Shown here one piece after another: positions 58,811-64,000 of a stretch of 64,000 bases of DNA (position 1 is the stretch's first letter; each line of letters begins with the position of its first letter). Both the position numbers and the translations under genes were made by a program. A model generated the notes under the pieces. The model was not told where the DNA came from, searched no databases, and saw only the letters and a list, made by a program, of their open reading frames with translations. Origin of the DNA: the human T2T-CHM13v2.0 reference genome, Homo sapiens; assembly GCF_009914755.1 (NCBI RefSeq), contig NC_060928.1. The stretch is one strand, 5' to 3'.

Positions 58811-60052
58811 AATTTGCTCAAGGTAATGGAAGTAATAAGTTGATGAGTAAGAATGTGAAACTTGACAGTTTGATTTAGGAAGTTTATGCTAACAGCTGCA
58901 ATTTTATATTTTTACATTGGAACATTTTTATTTTTTATGTTTCAGTAGAAATTGTTCTAGTACCAGTTTTAATTATAAAAGGTACCATGATAAAAGCCAA
59001 AATCGGTTACCTGAGAGTAAGATGTTCCTATCTAATAGAGTTCTTGGGTATCTACTTGCATCCATTGAGAAATAAAGATTTGGAAAGTATTCTGAGTGAG
59101 GGAAAGACTTGAACTTTGCCCATAACTGGCATTCAGATAAAGACAAGTTTGATAAATACCCTAGCAGTAGTCATACACATGGGAGATGATGGGGTTTCTG
59201 ATATTAAATTTCTGTGAGAGGGGATTGCATCTAACACAATCATCTCAACTTTAAATGAGGCTCTAGGGTTGAAGTAAAATGATAGCTCAGAGCACAGCTT
59301 GGTGGCAGTTACCAGTTCTAATGGCATCTCAGTGCTCTGTGCAGAAGAGGACTGTGTAGGAGTTGAAAGAGATGTTTCCTTTGACTCTGAAACTCTGACA
59401 CTGAAGCAAAGTCACTGTGGGACCCAATTAATTGAGTGTAAGACAGAGGATAACATTTCTCTCACTTGGCAAGTATGGTGAGAGAGCCCCAGCTCAACAA
59501 TTCCAAGGCTCAAATAATTTTGTCACCAGTGACAGCTTTATTGGGCAGCAGGAGCAGAGGTCTGTTTGTCTGTGGACCTGTCTGTTCCTGAGGCATGGGA
59601 GCCCAGCCCAATGAGTTGTGGGAAGGACAGCAAGCAGGACTCATACATATGTGAGTGGAGATAAGGATAGGGAATATTGCAGTCAAGCAGAGGAGGGTTT
59701 ACAGATAGAGTGTTAATGTAGGTGTCACGATATTTCACGTGTAGGCTGATGATGCCAGAACATTAAGTTATATAAAGATTAAAGAAAATAAATAAGCTAT
59801 GAAATTCCACAGCCCAATCACTCACATGTCTGTGCAAAATATCTCTCGTGTAAAATTGGTGATTACATTCTGAAGAAACTTGTTTCTGAATATTTTATGC
59901 TGCCATAGTTATTTGAAACTTGGCAGTCTGAATATTTATGCTGCCATAGAGTTATTTGAAAATACAAAGTAGAATTATTTAAATTATTCTTGAAAATGAA
60001 TGTGTTCATTAAGTCAATGTACAGCCACTACTAATTAAGCGCCTCTTTGTAG

Positions 60053-60056
<4 letters not shown>

Positions 60057-60110
<54 letters not shown>
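60057..60110 (+). repeat. (GA)n microsatellite
   Basis: About 27 perfect units. Confidence 0.98.
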
Positions 60111-60112
<2 letters not shown>

Positions 60113-60966
60113 CTACTGAAGCCTGAGTAGATACGAAAATATCTCCGTTAAGAAGTTTCAAACCCACTGAACCAGACTGAAACTGATGACTTGATCATGA
60201 TATTTGTCAAGTTAATGTCTAAAGACTTTCGTCTGTGAAAGATAGTGAAACAGCTATGCAAATTTATGCATAAAAATAAAAATCCCATATGTGCCTAGAG
60301 GGAGAGGTTTCCAGCCAAAATGCTAATGATATGACATAATAATACTTAACATTTCTATAGATTTTAATTCAAAGAGCTTAAAATGTACTACAAATATCTA
60401 CTAAATGAGAATAAGCCGTATTGTCTTCCTGTGTTACACATTTCAAGAGTGACTACATTTTAATTGAACAAAAATATATGCATAATAATAAAATCTTCAA
60501 AGTGAAAACACCAGGAAATGGCTAAATAAACTGTTTAAGATTTTAAAACATCTCACTGATCCCATTGAATTAAATGTATGATCAAAACTGCATGCAAATT
60601 TGGACATCTGAAGCATTGTAAAGATGATTCTATTCCACAAGCATTTTTGTTTTTACTATATGAGCTATCATAAAATGTTTTGAACTAGTGTGAATTCCAG
60701 GTTATATGAACAAAACATGGCTGCTGCCTAAAGGAGTTTACAAACTAATGGGGGAATAAAACAAGTGAGTGGTTCTAATATTAATCAGATGTTATGTGCT
60801 AAGGAGCTTTAAAGAAGGCTCCATGAGGAAACAGGAGTAAGTGTCTGTGATCGGCACTGGAGAGGGCAATTGAGACAGATATTGGAGTAACAGGACTTCC
60901 CACACTTGTACTGGAGGAAGTACATTTGAGGCATAATAAAATAATGTTCACGGAAGCCAAAACTGA

Positions 60967-61519
60967 TGAAAGGGATCAGGATATGCCACTCCAAAATATG
61001 CCACTTTGACATAAGCATTATTTGGAGCTGAAGGCATTTGAATTCCTGAAGTCCCTTATCTGCCTAAAAGCAGAGGCTCTCAAAAGAAGTCAGAAGAACT
61101 CAATTATCATAAATCCCCTCCCTGGGAGCAACTCTAATCTCTTCTCAGAGATAAAATGTTGAGAAATTGGCACCACAGCCAAATAGACTATTGTCACAAT
61201 GTCGTATCTCATAGACATTGTCACATTGTCATATCTCCCATTTATTCTCCTAAGAGCCCACTGACCTTTCCAAAAAGTCATTTGCTTTTCTGTAAGTACC
61301 CTTCTCCCCACTCTATTATGCTAAATTAGGTATATAAACCCCAAATTCTAACCGCCCTTTTGAGTTACTCATCACTGAGCACTTTCCTGTGTATGCACTG
61401 TGCACATGTTCATAAACATCTGTTTGTTTGTGATCTGTCTTTTGTCAGTCTCATTTACAACCTCCCCAGCCAATGAATCCAAGACGGGCAGAGGAAATAG
61501 AAAAATGTTCTCCCCTACA
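60967..61519 (+). mobile_element. Solo MER34-like LTR within L2-derived sequence
   Basis: TGAAAGGGATCAGGATATGCCAC...CCCCTACA; perfect TSD CTGA (60963-60966, 61520-61523). Confidence 0.85.
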
Positions 61520-62289
61520 CTGACACACTGATAGAGTGTGATGTGCGTTAAAGGGAATGATGGGGAGTAGCCTGAAAAGGCAAGTGATGCCAGACTGAGG
61601 AAGAATTATTTTCTTCAGGTAATGAGAAACAACTGAAGTGCTTTGAACATGACAGTGACAGAATTATGTTTGATTCTTGAATCTGTTTTCATAGCTCTAA
61701 TGTTATAAATCTGACACAGAAAAGACAGAAATAGAAGCAGTTTGGAGAGGGAGAATGATAATTTTAGTTTTAGACATGGAATCATAAACTGTTAGTACAA
61801 AGTCTTAGAAGTTATTCCCTTAGCCCACAGCCCCTAATTCCCCAACCCTGTTTTTTTTTTTAACACAAGAAACAGAGAACCCCAGATATAACTTACTTAA
61901 CATGCTTAAATCCATGCAGTCAATCAGTGGTGTTTTAAGGTGCTGATGGTATGTTTCAATAGAGATATCTAGTAGGAGATTGGAAATGTAAATATAGATT
62001 TCATAAAAGAGTTGCAAGTTAGACCTATAGATTTGGGATTCTTTCTCATAAAATTTAAAAGAGCATTCAGTTGGCGGTGGGTGGACAGGCAAGAATAAGG
62101 AATAAGAATGAAGGATAAATTATTCCATGAAAGGTAGACATTAGAAAGCATGCTTCTAATCATTTGAAAGCTACTTTGGCATAAAAGACCTGAGGCTAGA
62201 TTGGAGAGCCCAACTTTGAACTCAAATGCTTCATTTTTTCCTATAGTTTATTGCCTGGGAGTGTTGAGACAAATAAGTTTTAATTTAGG

Positions 62290-62520
62290 GTTTTATTAAG
62301 AGCATTACATGCATTTTCTCCTTTAATTATCACAAAGTCCATGAGGCAGGTAGTTTTATTATTCCCATTTTATAGACGAGTAAACAGAGGGAGAGAAAGT
62401 TTACAGAGCTTGCCTAAAACATTAAAGTTAGTGAATGGACTATCCGGGATTGCAGTCCATTTATTCTTATTCTTAGGACCTGTCATTTTAAATACAAGTG
62501 CACCTTCCCATCACTGCCTT
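62290..62520 (-). mobile_element. MIR
   Basis: ATGAGGCAGGTAG..ATTCCCATTTTATAGACGAGTAAACAGAGG core. Confidence 0.75.
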
Positions 62521-62904
62521 TGCTCTTCTGTTTTTCTTCTGGTATTCACTATATTTATGCGTATACCAAGACACAGGAATATGAAAGATATAAGAAAAAA
62601 AATCAATGTCACTGAATAAAACGTATTTTGTTATCTTTTTCCTACGGAGAAAAATAAAACATTCAGTTAATCTGTTTTTCTTTTATGTAAAGAACAAAAC
62701 CCACAAAACATTGATAACATGTTTTATTTTTGTATTATGAGTAGAAAACCGAATAGGAATAACAATGAAGACAAGGGGCATGAAGAAAAAACATGAAGAG
62801 AATTAGAAAAATAGAAGCAAAAAAACCGATTGAGAGAGAAAAAAACCAGACATATGAGGAAATCGGGAAACTAAAATTGATGAAGCTCCTACTATGTATC
62901 ACTG

Positions 62905-63728
<824 letters not shown>

Positions 63729-64000
63729 TTTTTGTTTTTTGTTTTTTGTTTTTGATGCAGTATTGCTCTGTTGCACAGGCTGGAGTGCGGTGGCATGATC
63801 TGGATTCACTGCAGCCTCCACCTCCCAGGTCCAAGCAATCCTCCCACCTCAGCTCTTGAGTAGCTGGAACTACAGGTGTGCACTACCACACCCAATGAGT
63901 ATTTTTGTATTTCTTGTAGAGACGGGGTTTTGCCATGTCACCTAGGCAGGTCTTGAACTCCTGGGCTCAAATGATTCGCCCACCTCGACCTCCCAAAGTG
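63729..64000 (-). mobile_element. AluJ, cut by the window edge
   Basis: (TTTTTG)n tail then antisense Alu. Confidence 0.9.

Noticed and set aside
59299-59614. Two 60-aa ORFs in a moderately GC-rich unique-looking stretch
   Set aside because: No ATG start, no recognised homology, no convincing exon boundaries

Overview
This is eukaryotic (primate, most likely human or great ape) AT-rich, repeat-dense intergenic or intronic DNA. I can support no host protein-coding exon. Almost all ORFs in the track are translations of transposable elements or simple repeats. Main content: a degenerate class I ERV provirus (HUERS-P-like, tRNA-Pro PBS, 2966-11739, minus) carrying a nested solo LTR12C and an Alu; a near full-length L1PA2/3 (22868-28830, minus); a complete THE1C element; a 2-kb L1PB nested in an ERV1 LTR; many Alus, solo LTRs, and MIR/L2/MLT relics. 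The unusual items are (i) a 119-bp mitochondrial insertion (OriL end, tRNA-Cys, part of tRNA-Tyr) splitting an AluJ, (ii) a ~410-bp orphan retrocopy with no L1/Alu sequence, with a pure A25 tail and a perfect 15-bp TSD, (iii) a ~87-bp inverted templated duplication, and (iv) an open, C-terminally extended L1 ORF0. I see no evidence for a new multi-gene system. Repeat family names come from recalled consensus sequences, not from a database search.
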